A DNA stretch of 64,000 bases from Myxococcota bacterium (GTDB taxonomy: Bacteria > Myxococcota_A > UBA9160 > UBA6930), in the NCBI GenBank assembly GCA_965223705.1, contig OZ245015.1, positions 2,720,001-2,784,000 of the forward strand. The letters are read 5' to 3'. The notes below the pieces were generated by a model. It saw nothing but the letters and a program-made list of their open reading frames with translations, was not told where the DNA came from and ran no database searches. Positions 22,960-33,094 of this stretch are shown here, piece by piece (the first letter of the stretch is position 1; each line of letters starts with the position of its first letter). Both the position numbers and the translations under genes were made by a program.

Positions 22960-24203
22960 ACCGAGACGAGTTCTTCCGCGAGGCCCGCCGTGACGTGAGC
23001 GGCCCGCTCCACGGCCTGCGGGTCGTCGAACTCGGCACGACGTGGGCCGGCCCTCTGTGCGGCTGCTTGTTGGCGGATATGGGCGCCGACGTGATCAAGG
23101 TCGAGCATCCACGCGGCGACGTCGCGCGCACCGCTCCGCCATTTCTACCGGGCACCGATCCCGAGCTCTCGTTCATGCAGGTCACGCTCAACCGCAACAA
23201 GCGAAGCCTCGCGCTCGATGTCGGCCGGAGCCGGGGGCGGGAGGTGTTTCTGCGGCTCGCTGCGACGGCCGACGTCGTCATCGAAAATCTCCGTCCCGGC
23301 ACCGTCGATCGTTGGGGGATCGGCTACAACGCCCTTCGTGCGATGCGACATGACCTCGTCATGGTTTCCATCAGCGGCTACGGGCAGTTCGGCAGCCACG
23401 CACAGCGCCCGGGCTACGACCCGATCGCTCAGGCCGAAAGCGGTTTTCTGTCCCTGAACGGCTCTCCCGACGGCAGCCCCACCAAGGCGCCGACTTTCAT
23501 CGGAGACGATATGGCGGGTTTGCATGCCGCCATAGCAACCCTCGCCGCCCTCCGGCACCGCGATGTAACCGGTGAGGGGCAACACGTCGACGTCTCCCTC
23601 GTCGACGCCATGCTGTTCCAAAACCCGTTCCTCACGCTGGGCGCGATGGGCGCTGAGCTCCCTCGCCTCGGGAACGAGTTCCGACTCGCGGCTCCCGCCA
23701 ATGTCTTTCGTTGTCGCGACGGGGACATGATCTCGGGTGTGCTGGTCGACGCGCATTGGCGCGCGCTCGCGGGCGTGATCGGCCATCCCGACTACGGAAC
23801 CGATCCGCGCTTCGCCACGAACGCGGCGCGCCTCGAAAGGCGCGAAGAAGTCAACGCGCTCGTGGCCGCCTGGGCCGGTGCCCTCGACGCGTCAGACGCT
23901 GTGGCCCAGCTCGTCGCCGCGGGGATCCCGGCGGCGGTCGTCAAAACCTACAACGAAGCCGCTCAGGGCGACGTGGCCCGCGAGCGCGACATGTTGCAGC
24001 GCGTTCCCGTCGAAGGGAACGCGGACGTTCCCGTGCAGGGCCCGGTGCCGAAGTTCTCGCGAACCCCCGTCTCCGTTCGCTCGGGTGCGCCAGCGCTCGG
24101 TGCGGCGACCGATGAAATTCTGCGGGAGCTCGGGTTCGAGGAGGACGAGCGAGCGAGCCTCGGGACCGAAGGCATCACACGGCTTTCCGATCCGACGGAC
24201 TAA
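22956..24203 (+). CDS. Family III CoA-transferase (CaiB/BaiF)
   Basis: GPLHGLRVVELG, LADMGADVIKVE, NRNKRSLALD, RPGYDPIAQAESG. Confidence 0.93.
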   Translation: MNRDEFFREARRDVSGPLHGLRVVELGTTWAGPLCGCLLADMGADVIKVEHPRGDVARTAPPFLPGTDPELSFMQVTLNRNKRSLALDVGRSRGREVFLRLAATADVVIENLRPGTVDRWGIGYNALRAMRHDLVMVSISGYGQFGSHAQRPGYDPIAQAESGFLSLNGSPDGSPTKAPTFIGDDMAGLHAAIATLAALRHRDVTGEGQHVDVSLVDAMLFQNPFLTLGAMGAELPRLGNEFRLAAPANVFRCRDGDMISGVLVDAHWRALAGVIGHPDYGTDPRFATNAARLERREEVNALVAAWAGALDASDAVAQLVAAGIPAAVVKTYNEAAQGDVARERDMLQRVPVEGNADVPVQGPVPKFSRTPVSVRSGAPALGAATDEILRELGFEEDERASLGTEGITRLSDPTD

Positions 24204-24207
24204 GGCG

Positions 24208-24540
24208 CTACTGAATCCGCGTGCGGCGATCGAAACCCTCATCGTACGCGTGGAAGTACGCGAGCTCTTCTTCGGGCCAGCGCCAACAGTAGTAGCCGGC
24301 GCCGCTGTCGAAATCGACGAGCCAAGGGCCTTTTACCTCGACGCCGAGCGCTTCCATTTCGCGCGCCCAACGGTCGAGAACCGAAGCGACTTCGGCATCC
24401 GACCCGGAAGAAGCCGCGATCTCGTCCGTTCGCGAGACGGCGCGCTCGGTGCGGCGCCGGATCTCGGGCAGGAAGCCGCGTGCCGACTCAAGCGTCCAAC
24501 TTCGCTTCGTCATCGCTGTTCGCTGCCGCTCCTCAGTCAT
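24208..24540 (-). CDS. DUF2203-like small protein
   Basis: WTLESARGFLP...GVEVKGPWLVDF...YYCWRWPEEELAYFHAYDEGFDRR; start uncertain. Confidence 0.75.
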   Translation of the reverse strand: MTEERQRTAMTKRSWTLESARGFLPEIRRRTERAVSRTDEIAASSGSDAEVASVLDRWAREMEALGVEVKGPWLVDFDSGAGYYCWRWPEEELAYFHAYDEGFDRRTRIQ

Positions 24541-25474
24541 CCTCATCGGTGGAGAGCTTGATCAAGGAGCGCACGACGAAGCTCTCCTTCGCTCCGCCGA
24601 TCAGCTCCCGCAAATCCTCGTAGAGCGCGGGATCGTTGACGAGAAGCCCCATCGATCCCGTCCCGGTGTCGATCTTCTCGAGAATGCTCCCCAGGCGCTG
24701 ACTCGCGACGCGCGCTTCGGTCAGGAAGTCCTGCTTGTCTTTCGGGTCGTAGATCAAGCTATGGAGCAGCCCGTCGCCTCGCGCGACCTCCTCGAGAATC
24801 CCTTCGAAGGTCGCGAGCGATCGCTCGATGCTCTCCACTCCGCTGCCCTCGTAGCTGTCGTAGATCAAGCTGTGCAACAAGCCCTCGCCGGTTCGCACTT
24901 CCTCGATAATGGTATGGATGCCGGCCAAGCTCTCGACAATTCGCGCGGTTCCCATCTGACTCTGAAACTGATCGATGGCTTCGTTCACGTTCTCGGCGAG
25001 CCGAGCGATGTTGTCGATGGCCTGGGTGCCGCGCTCGGCGGCTTGAGTCAGGTCCAAGGGGTTCTGCGTCGCGATTTCGGAACCGTTCGTCAGCGGTCGT
25101 CCCAGCGGCGTCCCCATGGAGACCTCGACGTACTTGTCACCGAGCAGGCCGATCGTTCCGATACTCGCACGGGAGTCGCTGCGGATCCTCTCTTGAACAC
25201 TGCGATCAATGTCGAGCTCGACACGAATCGGGGGAAGATTCCCTTCGAGCGGCGCGAAACTAACGTCCTCGACGGTCCCGACATCACGCCCGGCCAACCG
25301 GACAGGAGCTCCCCCGGTCAATCCCTGCACGTTTTCAAAGTACGCCGTCAATCGGTAGCGCGGTCGAAACAGCCCCTGCTCGGACGAGAACGTGAGGAGA
25401 ATCGCGGCCAAGAGGAACAAGCTGAGCAACACAAAAGCGCCGACGATGAGACTCAAGCGGCGACTGCTATCCAT
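24533..25474 (-). CDS. mlaD: MlaD/MCE-domain protein with helical repeats
   Basis: TM then FENVQGLTGGAPVRLAGRDVGTV, IGTIGLLGDKYVEV; repeated GxGLLHSLIYD. Confidence 0.9.
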   Translation of the reverse strand: MDSSRRLSLIVGAFVLLSLFLLAAILLTFSSEQGLFRPRYRLTAYFENVQGLTGGAPVRLAGRDVGTVEDVSFAPLEGNLPPIRVELDIDRSVQERIRSDSRASIGTIGLLGDKYVEVSMGTPLGRPLTNGSEIATQNPLDLTQAAERGTQAIDNIARLAENVNEAIDQFQSQMGTARIVESLAGIHTIIEEVRTGEGLLHSLIYDSYEGSGVESIERSLATFEGILEEVARGDGLLHSLIYDPKDKQDFLTEARVASQRLGSILEKIDTGTGSMGLLVNDPALYEDLRELIGGAKESFVVRSLIKLSTDEDD

Positions 25475-26255
25475 GAGCGTCTCCTTCTCTTCCTTTCCCG
25501 ACGGACGCCGGCGGCGTCGGATCCTGTGAGCCCTCGATGAATGCCCGCAGTTCGGGGTGTTCGGTGTTCTTCACTTCGGCGGGCGTTCCCTCCGAAACGA
25601 TTTCTCCCAATCGAAGCAGTGCAATGCGATCCGAGATGGCGAAACAGAGCTCCATGTCGTGCGTGACCACGACGGAAGTCACGCCCAACTCGCGTTGGAG
25701 CGAACGAATGAGCTCACCAATACGCCGCGAATTCGCCGGATCGAGTCCCGTGGTGGGTTCGTCGTACAGAATGATTTTCGGTTGCAGCGCGATCGCCCTC
25801 GCCACCCCAACGCGTTTCCGCATGCCCCCGGACAACTCGGCCGGCATCATCGGCGCGATCCCTTCGAGCCCGACCCCCTGCAAGCATTGTTCAACCCGCT
25901 GCTCGAGATCCGTGCGCGAAAGGGAGAGGTGCTCGCGCAAGGGGTACGCGATGTTCTCGAAGACCGTGAGCGAATCGAACAATGCGGCACTTTGAAAGAC
26001 CATGCCGATCTCTTTGCGAATCTCGACGAACTCGCGCTCTGCAAGGCTACTGACCTCTCGACCGAACAGTCGCACCGTCCCACGATCGGGCCGAAGAAGC
26101 CCGATGATGTGACGCAAGCAGACCGATTTCCCCGACCCCGAACCTCCGAGAATCGTATAGGTCTCCCCCGCCGAAACGCGCAAGGAGACGCCTTGAAGAA
26201 CAGGTCGGCCTCCAAACCCTTTGTGTAGATCCTCGATTTCGATCGCGGGTTCCAT
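25467..26255 (-). CDS. mlaF: MlaF-type ABC ATPase
   Basis: ATG 26255 MEPAIEIEDL; GGSGSGKS; ELSGGMRKRVGVARA; LYDEPTTGLDP. Confidence 0.93.
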   Translation of the reverse strand: MEPAIEIEDLHKGFGGRPVLQGVSLRVSAGETYTILGGSGSGKSVCLRHIIGLLRPDRGTVRLFGREVSSLAEREFVEIRKEIGMVFQSAALFDSLTVFENIAYPLREHLSLSRTDLEQRVEQCLQGVGLEGIAPMMPAELSGGMRKRVGVARAIALQPKIILYDEPTTGLDPANSRRIGELIRSLQRELGVTSVVVTHDMELCFAISDRIALLRLGEIVSEGTPAEVKNTEHPELRAFIEGSQDPTPPASVGKGREGDAHG

Positions 26256-27094
26256 CAATCGCTTCCCCGGAACCAGTCGAGAATGGCTTCTCCGGGAATC
26301 GCGAGAAACAGTTGTGTCAGGAAGAAATCCGAGATGAGGACCGCGATCGAAGCGATCACCACAGTCCGGGTCGTCGCTGCCCCGACGCCCTGGGTGCCCC
26401 CGGTCGTCCGGAGCCCGACGAAGCAAGCGATCATGGCGATGAGCCAACCGAAGACGATCGTCTTACCGACCCCGGAGAAGAAGTCGGCGAGGGTCACGGT
26501 GGTGAGCACCGTCTGCATATAGAAGAAGAAGCTGATCGAATACTGCGACTTCGCAATGAGCCCGCCCCCGAGTACGCCGAGCGCAATCGCGAAAAACGTG
26601 AGCAGCGGGAGGGCGATCGTCGTGGCGATGACGCGGGGAACGACGAGCTTCTGAACCGGATCCGCGCCCATCGCCCGAATCGCGTCGACTTGTTCCGTGA
26701 CGACCATGGAACCGATTTCCGACGTGATCCCAGCGCCGACGCGCCCGCCGACCATCAGCGCGGCGAGCACCGGCCCGAGCTCGCGGACGATCGCCAGTCC
26801 GACGATGCTTCCGACGTAGGGTTTCGCGCCGAAGCGAGACAAGGCGAACGCCGTCTGCAACGCGAGAACCATTCCCGTAAAGAACGTCGTTACCGCCACC
26901 AGCGGGAAGGATCGGACCCCGATCGCCTCCGCTTGCTCGAGAAGCGCGCGAAACGGGAAGCGCCGCCGCAAGCACGAAGTCGCCGTACCCACGGCGAGGC
27001 GGCTGAAGTCGCCGAGTTCTTCCACGACACGCAGGCAGGCCGCGCCGAAGCGCGCCAGGCCGGAGAGCGGGATGGGCGGCGTCGGTGTCGTCAC
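26255..27094 (-). CDS. mlaE: MlaE-type ABC permease
   Basis: RELGPVLAALMVGGRVGAGITSEIGSMVVTEQVDAIRAMG; GVGAATTRTVV; probable GTG start 27094. Confidence 0.93.
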   Translation of the reverse strand: MTTPTPPIPLSGLARFGAACLRVVEELGDFSRLAVGTATSCLRRRFPFRALLEQAEAIGVRSFPLVAVTTFFTGMVLALQTAFALSRFGAKPYVGSIVGLAIVRELGPVLAALMVGGRVGAGITSEIGSMVVTEQVDAIRAMGADPVQKLVVPRVIATTIALPLLTFFAIALGVLGGGLIAKSQYSISFFFYMQTVLTTVTLADFFSGVGKTIVFGWLIAMIACFVGLRTTGGTQGVGAATTRTVVIASIAVLISDFFLTQLFLAIPGEAILDWFRGSD

Positions 27095-27687
27095 GGCGCG
27101 GCGGACCGAGAGCTCGGTGGCGGCACGAACGTCCCCATCCACTCGTCGAACGTGGCCTCGGCGGCGTCATCGGGACGAGGAGTCACCAAGACGAAATCCC
27201 AATCGCATCCGGCCTGGCGACGACTCACGCTGACGAGGTGGGCCGTCTTACCCCGATCGGTGACGCGCGCGCGCTGGCGCCAACCACCGTCGGGAACCGC
27301 TTCGGGACCCTCGGAGAGGAGTTCTGCCTCGTCCAATCCGCCGAGTAGACGCCGCGCGAGCAAATTCCCCGAGACGGGTCGCCGACCACAGCGCCAGAGA
27401 AGACTCAGCGTGCGGCCGCGCGTCGCCGTAAAGGTGACGGCGCGCTTTTGGCGTGGTTGCTGGGTCCACGACCCCCCTGCGCTCTTGGGGATACCGATGC
27501 TGAATCCGACCTCGCGGTGTGTGACCCGCCCGCCGGCGGTCGCCAAATCGGGCTTCGCGCAACCCAGCGCGATCAGGAGGCTCGCTGTCCCCAACAACGG
27601 CAGTACGCGAACCGCTCTAGCCCGTTCTGTAACCACGACGCAGACCCTACCGGATCGTACCGGTCTCGCGATCGCGCCGGCACACAC
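27091..27687 (-). CDS. Hypothetical lipoprotein upstream of mlaE (true start probably internal)
   Basis: Lipobox-like LLIALGC; stop overlaps the mlaE GTG. Confidence 0.55.
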   Translation of the reverse strand: MCAGAIARPVRSGRVCVVVTERARAVRVLPLLGTASLLIALGCAKPDLATAGGRVTHREVGFSIGIPKSAGGSWTQQPRQKRAVTFTATRGRTLSLLWRCGRRPVSGNLLARRLLGGLDEAELLSEGPEAVPDGGWRQRARVTDRGKTAHLVSVSRRQAGCDWDFVLVTPRPDDAAEATFDEWMGTFVPPPSSRSAAP

Positions 27688-27728
27688 GACCGCTTGACGG
27701 ACGCGTTGCGCGGCGGTACCCCGGTGCC

Positions 27729-28334
27729 GTGGAGAGCAGCAACCCGCGCATCGTCCTCGCCAGTGCTTCGCCCCGGCGTCGGGACCTGCTCCGAGGCGCG
27801 GGACTCAATTTTGAGATCGAAGCCGCGAATATCGACGAAGCGCAGTTCCCCGACGAGGACGTCGAAGCGCTGGTTTCGCGCTTGGCGCGACAAAAAGCAG
27901 AGGCCGTGGCCTCGCGCTACCGAGATCAAGACGTCCTCGTGATCGGGGCGGATACCGTGGTCGCGCTGGACTCCGGCGTGATCGGAAAACCGGAAGACGA
28001 CGAGCACGCGATGGAAATCCTGACGTCACTGGTCGGTCGCGTCCATCGCGTGGTGACCGGCGTCGCGATCCTCGAGGTCGGCGGACTGCGCCCCCTCGAA
28101 CGCACCGTCACAAGCCGCGTCGAAATGCGCGATGCGACCGGTGACGAGCTTCGCGCGTACATCGAAACCGGTGAGTCGCGCGACAAGGCCGGCGCCTACG
28201 CCATCCAAGGCCAGGGCGGCGCACTCGTGACACGCGTCGCGGGTAGCGAGAGCAACGTGATCGGCTTGCCGCTCGATGAAACCCTCGCCCTGCTCCGCGA
28301 GGCGGGGGCGTTTCGTTCGCTGGCGAGCGCGTGA
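27729..28334 (+). CDS. maf: Maf family nucleoside triphosphate pyrophosphatase
   Basis: LASASPRRRDLL, IGADTVV, DKAGAYAIQG, SNVIGLP. Confidence 0.95.
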   Translation: MESSNPRIVLASASPRRRDLLRGAGLNFEIEAANIDEAQFPDEDVEALVSRLARQKAEAVASRYRDQDVLVIGADTVVALDSGVIGKPEDDEHAMEILTSLVGRVHRVVTGVAILEVGGLRPLERTVTSRVEMRDATGDELRAYIETGESRDKAGAYAIQGQGGALVTRVAGSESNVIGLPLDETLALLREAGAFRSLASA

Positions 28335-29032
28335 GCGGCTATGCCCGCGTCGCTGCGCGCGTCACCGAAGCCGCCCGACGGGCGGCGCGCCCGCCGGAAG
28401 AGATCCGTATCGTAGGCGCCGCGAAAGCGCAGTCCGTCGAAACCGTTGTGGCGGCGGTTCGCGCGGGGCTTCGAGAGATCGGCCACAACTACGCGCAGGA
28501 AGCCCGCGAAAAAGTCCCCCTCGTAAACGAGCGGGTCGAGGCTTTGGGGCTGCCGCCTCCGGTCTGGCACTTCCTCGGCGGTCTCCAAACCAACAAGGCG
28601 CGCACCATCCTCCCGTGGTGCACATGTGTGCAGTCCGTGGACCGCCCCTCCCTCGCGCGAGAGCTCAACCGTCGGGCGGGGGCAGCCGGCCGCTCTCTCG
28701 ACGTGCTGGTTCAGGTCGACGTCAGTGGCGAAGCTTCGAAAGGTGGGGTCGCTCCCGAAGAACTCGGCGCGTTGCTGGCCGAACGCGAGGCTTGGCCCCA
28801 CCTCCGCTTTATCGGGCTGATGGCCATCCCCGAGCCCACCGCGGATACCGACGCGATGCGGCCGGCGTTCCGCGCGTTGCGCGACTTGCGAGATCGGTAC
28901 AGGGCGTCTGAAGAGGATCTACGTCACCTTTCGATGGGCATGTCGGCGGACTACGAAACGGCGATCAGCGAGGGCGCTACCATCGTGCGGATCGGCACCG
29001 CTATTTTCGGTCCTCGGAGGAATTCCGCGTGA
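28331..29032 (+). CDS. yggS: YggS PLP homeostasis protein
   Basis: NYAQE, WHFLGGLQTNK, LSMGMSADYETAISEGATIVRIGTAIFG. Confidence 0.94.
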   Translation: MSGYARVAARVTEAARRAARPPEEIRIVGAAKAQSVETVVAAVRAGLREIGHNYAQEAREKVPLVNERVEALGLPPPVWHFLGGLQTNKARTILPWCTCVQSVDRPSLARELNRRAGAAGRSLDVLVQVDVSGEASKGGVAPEELGALLAEREAWPHLRFIGLMAIPEPTADTDAMRPAFRALRDLRDRYRASEEDLRHLSMGMSADYETAISEGATIVRIGTAIFGPRRNSA

Positions 29033-29835
29033 CGCTCGAGTCGGCAGACATCGGCATCATCGGTTCGGGCGCGATGGGGAGCGCCTTGGCCCAGGGACTT
29101 CTCGATGCAGGGGTCGCGAAAGACCGCGTCCGGATGAGCGATGTCGATGCCGAGCGACTCGCCGATGCGTCAGCGCGCCTCGGTGTCGAAAGCGCCCCAT
29201 CCAACGCGGCGCTGGTGGAAATGAGTGACGTCGTCGTCCTCGCGGTGAAGCCCGGGGATGTCGCAGCGGTTCTCGAGAACGCCGCGAGCGCATCGCCGCT
29301 CTGGATTTCCATCGCGGCTGGCGTGCCCATCGCGGCTCTGCTCCGTCCGCTACCGGACGGGGCGCGGGCGGTTCGCGCAATGCCCAACACCCCCGCCCTG
29401 GTCGGACGGGGAGCGACCGCGTTCGTCGCGAGCGAGGGCGCCTCCGAAGCCGACCGCGCCCTTGCAAACGCCATCTTCGCCGCGGTGGGCGAGGTGTGGG
29501 AAGCGGCTTCCGAGTCGCAGCTCGACGCGGTGACCGGACTCTCGGGAAGCGGGCCGGCCTACGTGTTCGTCCTGCTCGAAGCCTTGGCCGATGCCGGCGT
29601 CCGCCAGGGCTTGCCCCGTCAGGCCGCTCAGCTCCTGGCCACCCAGACGGTCTTGGGAGCGGCAGAGCTGGCGCTCAAAACGGGCGGCTCGCCAGCCGCG
29701 CTGAAGGATCAAGTGACTTCCCCGGGGGGCACCACGATTGCCGGGCTCGCGGCACTCGAGGCCGGCGGCTTGCGCGCGGCCATCCACGAAGCGGTGGCGG
29801 CCGCTACCGCCCGCTCGCAAGAACTGGGAAAGTAA
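29029..29835 (+). CDS. proC: Pyrroline-5-carboxylate reductase
   Basis: IGSGAMG, RAMPNTP, TGLSGSGPAY, VTSPGGTTIAG. Confidence 0.96.
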   Translation: MTLESADIGIIGSGAMGSALAQGLLDAGVAKDRVRMSDVDAERLADASARLGVESAPSNAALVEMSDVVVLAVKPGDVAAVLENAASASPLWISIAAGVPIAALLRPLPDGARAVRAMPNTPALVGRGATAFVASEGASEADRALANAIFAAVGEVWEAASESQLDAVTGLSGSGPAYVFVLLEALADAGVRQGLPRQAAQLLATQTVLGAAELALKTGGSPAALKDQVTSPGGTTIAGLAALEAGGLRAAIHEAVAAATARSQELGK

Positions 29836-29862
29836 GGGCGAGAACAAGGATCGGGGGAACGC

Positions 29863-30357
29863 GTGCGGCTGACGGCGCTCGATATTCAGAATCACAAGTT
29901 CTCATCCCGCTTGCGAGGCGTGGATCGGGGTGAAGTCGAAACCTTCCTCCGCCTGATCGCCGAGGATTTCGAAGCGTTGACGCGCGAGTGCGATGCTGCG
30001 CGCGAGACGATCCGCACACTGACGCAGCGGGTGGACGACCTGTCGGCCTCCGAGCGAAAGCTCCAAGAGACCCTCGTGACCGCTCAGGATCTCGCCGATG
30101 ACCTGAAACGCACCGCGATGAAGGAGGCGGAGATCTTGATCTCCGAGTCCGAGCTGAAAGCGGAGAAGATCGTCGAGTCCGCGCAGCGTCAAGCCGGAAA
30201 GATCGCCGAGGACATCCGCGAGATGCGGCTCCTCCGCGGGCGCCTTCGAGGCGCTTTGCGGTCGACGATCGAAGCCCATCTGACGATGCTCGACGGGCTC
30301 AGCGACGAAGCCGAAGACCACAGCGACATCCTCGCTGGAAGCGCGAAATCGGGTTAG
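29863..30357 (+). CDS. DivIVA domain protein
   Basis: LTALDIQNHKFSSRLRGVDRGEVETFL followed by coiled coil. Confidence 0.9.
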   Translation: MRLTALDIQNHKFSSRLRGVDRGEVETFLRLIAEDFEALTRECDAARETIRTLTQRVDDLSASERKLQETLVTAQDLADDLKRTAMKEAEILISESELKAEKIVESAQRQAGKIAEDIREMRLLRGRLRGALRSTIEAHLTMLDGLSDEAEDHSDILAGSAKSG

Positions 30358-30371
30358 ATTCCCCCGCCGCC

Positions 30372-30695
30372 ATGCCTGTTTACGAATACCGATGTGATGC
30401 CTGTGAGCAGGAATTCGAGCGAGAACAACGCATCAGCGACGATCCGCTCAAGACCTGCCCGTTGTGCAAGTCGCGCCGCGTGAAGCGCCTGATCTCCAGG
30501 ACCTCGTTCGTCCTGAAGGGCGGCGGTTGGTACTCGGATCTGTATTCGAGCCAGAGCGGGAGCAAGGATTCCGCCGACGCCGACAGTGGCTCGGACGCTT
30601 CCGACACGAAGTCCGAATCGCCCAAGGCGGACACGAAACCGAAGAAAGAGACGAAAAAGAAATCCGCAAAGAAGAGCAAAAAGGCGGCCAGCTAA
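30372..30695 (+). CDS. FmdB-family zinc-ribbon protein with Ser/Lys-rich tail
   Basis: MPVYEYRCDAC...TCPLC...FVLKGGGWYSDLY. Confidence 0.9.
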   Translation: MPVYEYRCDACEQEFEREQRISDDPLKTCPLCKSRRVKRLISRTSFVLKGGGWYSDLYSSQSGSKDSADADSGSDASDTKSESPKADTKPKKETKKKSAKKSKKAAS

Positions 30696-30723
30696 CCGCA
30701 TCGCTCCCTGCCGGAGGCCCCCC

Positions 30724-31590
30724 TTGAACGAACAGCGGATAGAAACGGTCGTCGTCGACGGACTCGCCCTCGCCCAAGAAATCCGCGGAGAGCTCTCGCA
30801 AGCCATCGAAGCGCATCTCCACGCCGGGCGTCGAGCGCCCTGCCTCGCCGTGGTCCTCGTTGGCGACGATCCGGCGAGCGCGTCCTACATCAAGGGGAAG
30901 CGACGCGCGTGCAAGCGCATCGGGATGGACTCCGTCGAGCACACCCTGCCCGCGACGACGGACGAAGCGACGCTCCTCGCACTCATCGACGAGCTGAACA
31001 ACGACCCCGGTGTCGACGGGATCCTGGTGCAGCTTCCACTCCCCGAAAGCATCCGCCCCGCGGAAATCGCGGCGGCGGTCGATCCCGGCAAGGACGTCGA
31101 CGGGTTGCATCCGATGAACAACGGGCGGCTCATGGCGGGCCAACCGGGGCTCTTCGCGTGCACCCCGCTCGGGGTCATGGAAATTCTGCGACGCCACGAG
31201 GTTCCCCTGGAAGGCGCGTCGGCCGTCGTCATCGGCCGCAGCATGATCGTGGGGAAGCCGGTCTCGCTCATGCTTCAAGCGCAGAACGCGACGGTAACCA
31301 TGTGTCATTCGCGCACGCGAGATCTCGCGGCCTTGTGCCGAGAAGCCGACATCGTGATCGCCGCCGTCGGCGTCCCGCGGATGGTCAAGGCGGATTGGAT
31401 TCGCCCCGGCGCCGTCGTAATCGACGTCGGCGTGAGTGAAGTCGACGGCGCGCTGGTGGGCGATGTCGACTTCGAGGCGGCCCAGGGTATCGCTTCGCTC
31501 ATCACGCCCCACCGCCGCGGCGTAGGCCCGATGACGATCACCATGCTGCTCGTCAATACGCTCCGGGCCTACGAAACGCGCAACGCGTGA
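30724..31590 (+). CDS. folD: Methylenetetrahydrofolate dehydrogenase/cyclohydrolase
   Basis: LVGDDPASASY, GILVQLPLP, KDVDGLHP, GRSMIVGKP, GVGPMT; start approximate. Confidence 0.95.
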   Translation: MNEQRIETVVVDGLALAQEIRGELSQAIEAHLHAGRRAPCLAVVLVGDDPASASYIKGKRRACKRIGMDSVEHTLPATTDEATLLALIDELNNDPGVDGILVQLPLPESIRPAEIAAAVDPGKDVDGLHPMNNGRLMAGQPGLFACTPLGVMEILRRHEVPLEGASAVVIGRSMIVGKPVSLMLQAQNATVTMCHSRTRDLAALCREADIVIAAVGVPRMVKADWIRPGAVVIDVGVSEVDGALVGDVDFEAAQGIASLITPHRRGVGPMTITMLLVNTLRAYETRNA

Positions 31591-32669
31591 GCGCGCTGCG
31601 CGAGACGCCCTTAAACGCTGCTCACCGCGCCCTCGGCGGCCGCATGGTTCCCTTCGCCGGGTTCTCCATGCCCGTCCAGTACAGCGGCATCGTCGAAGAA
31701 CATCGGGCCGTCCGCGAGCGGGCCGGGTTGTTCGACGTATCGCACATGGGGCAGATCCATCTGCGCGGGCCCGGCGCGGCCGCGCTGGCGGAGCGCTTGC
31801 TGACCTGCCGCGTCGATACGCTGCGCAGCGGACGGGTCCGCTACGGATGCCTGTGCGCGCAGGACGGCGGCGTCATCGACGACGTGACGATCTACCGCGA
31901 AGCCGACGAAGAGTTCTTCCTGTGCGTGAACGCGGCCAACATCGAGAAAGACCTCGGGTGGATCCTGAGACACGCCGGCGACGTCGAAGTCGAGGATCGA
32001 AGCGAAACGACCTGCCTTTTGGCGCTGCAGGGTCCGCGATCTCCAGACATCCTCCGCAACGCCGGCTTCCCGGATGCTTCGGACCTGCGGCGCTTTCGCT
32101 TTGCGTACGCCGAAATCGCCGGCGCGTCGTTCCTCGTCTCTCGAACGGGCTACACCGGAGCCGATGGCTACGAGATCTACGGCCCGGCGAAAGAGGCTCC
32201 GCCTCTTTGGGAAGCGCTCCTCGAAGCCGGCCGTGCCTACGAGGCCTTGCCCGCCGGCCTGGGCGCTCGCGACACGCTCCGCCTCGAGGCGGCCTTCCCG
32301 CTCTATGGACATGAGCTCGACGCCACCACGACGCCCATCGACGCGGGACTCGATCGATTTGTGAAGCGGGATCGCGGCGGCTTCATCGGCGCGGACGCCA
32401 TCGCGGCGCGAGCCGCGTCACCCGGGCAGCGCCGGCTCACCGGGTTCACCCTGCTCGAGCGCGGCGTCGCCCGCGCCGACTGTGAAATCATAGCCGGCGG
32501 AGAACGAGTCGGACGCGTCACTTCGGGCGGGCATTCTCCGACGCTTAAGCAATCGATCGGCCTCGGCTACGTTCCGCAGAACCTCGCCGCTCCGGAAAAC
32601 GAAATCGAGGTGCGCGTGCGGGACCGAACACTCCGCGCACGGACTTGTGAAACTCCGTTTGTTGGTTAA
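31587..32669 (+). CDS. gcvT: Glycine cleavage T protein
   Basis: [28 protein letters not shown]. Confidence 0.96.
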   Translation: MSALRETPLNAAHRALGGRMVPFAGFSMPVQYSGIVEEHRAVRERAGLFDVSHMGQIHLRGPGAAALAERLLTCRVDTLRSGRVRYGCLCAQDGGVIDDVTIYREADEEFFLCVNAANIEKDLGWILRHAGDVEVEDRSETTCLLALQGPRSPDILRNAGFPDASDLRRFRFAYAEIAGASFLVSRTGYTGADGYEIYGPAKEAPPLWEALLEAGRAYEALPAGLGARDTLRLEAAFPLYGHELDATTTPIDAGLDRFVKRDRGGFIGADAIAARAASPGQRRLTGFTLLERGVARADCEIIAGGERVGRVTSGGHSPTLKQSIGLGYVPQNLAAPENEIEVRVRDRTLRARTCETPFVG

Positions 32670-32683
32670 ACCAGGATAAACGT

Positions 32684-33088
32684 ATGAACTCAACACCCGA
32701 TCTGCCCCCCGAACTTCGCTACTCGACGGAAGACGAATGGGCGCGTCGCAGCGGCAACCGCGTCGTCATCGGCATCACCGACTTCGCCCAGGATCAACTC
32801 GGCGACATCGTCTACGTCGAGCTGCCCGAAGTCGGGCGGAACCTCGAGGCCGGAGAACCCTTCGGCGTGATCGAATCCGTGAAAGCCGTCTCCGATCTTT
32901 TCGCTCCGGTTTCCGGGGAGGTCGTCGAGGTGAATGGAGATCTCGCGAACCAACCCGAAGTGATCAATGAAGATTGCTATGGGGAGGGGTGGATGCTGGC
33001 CATCGAGCTTTCCGACCCCGAAACCTTCGACAAGCTGCTCGACGCAGACGGGTACCGAAGCAACGTGGCTGAACGCGAGAACGCCTGA
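32684..33088 (+). CDS. gcvH: Glycine cleavage H protein
   Basis: [19 protein letters not shown]; lipoyl-Lys motif [13 protein letters not shown]. Confidence 0.96.
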   Translation: MNSTPDLPPELRYSTEDEWARRSGNRVVIGITDFAQDQLGDIVYVELPEVGRNLEAGEPFGVIESVKAVSDLFAPVSGEVVEVNGDLANQPEVINEDCYGEGWMLAIELSDPETFDKLLDADGYRSNVAERENA

Positions 33089-33094
33089 AAAGCC

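Noticed and set aside
29029..30357. Absence of yggT between proC and divIVA
   Set aside because: Minor gene-order variation with no sign of a remnant.
30696..31590. Glycine riboswitch before gcvT
   Set aside because: gcvT overlaps the folD stop; no room and no aptamer motif.
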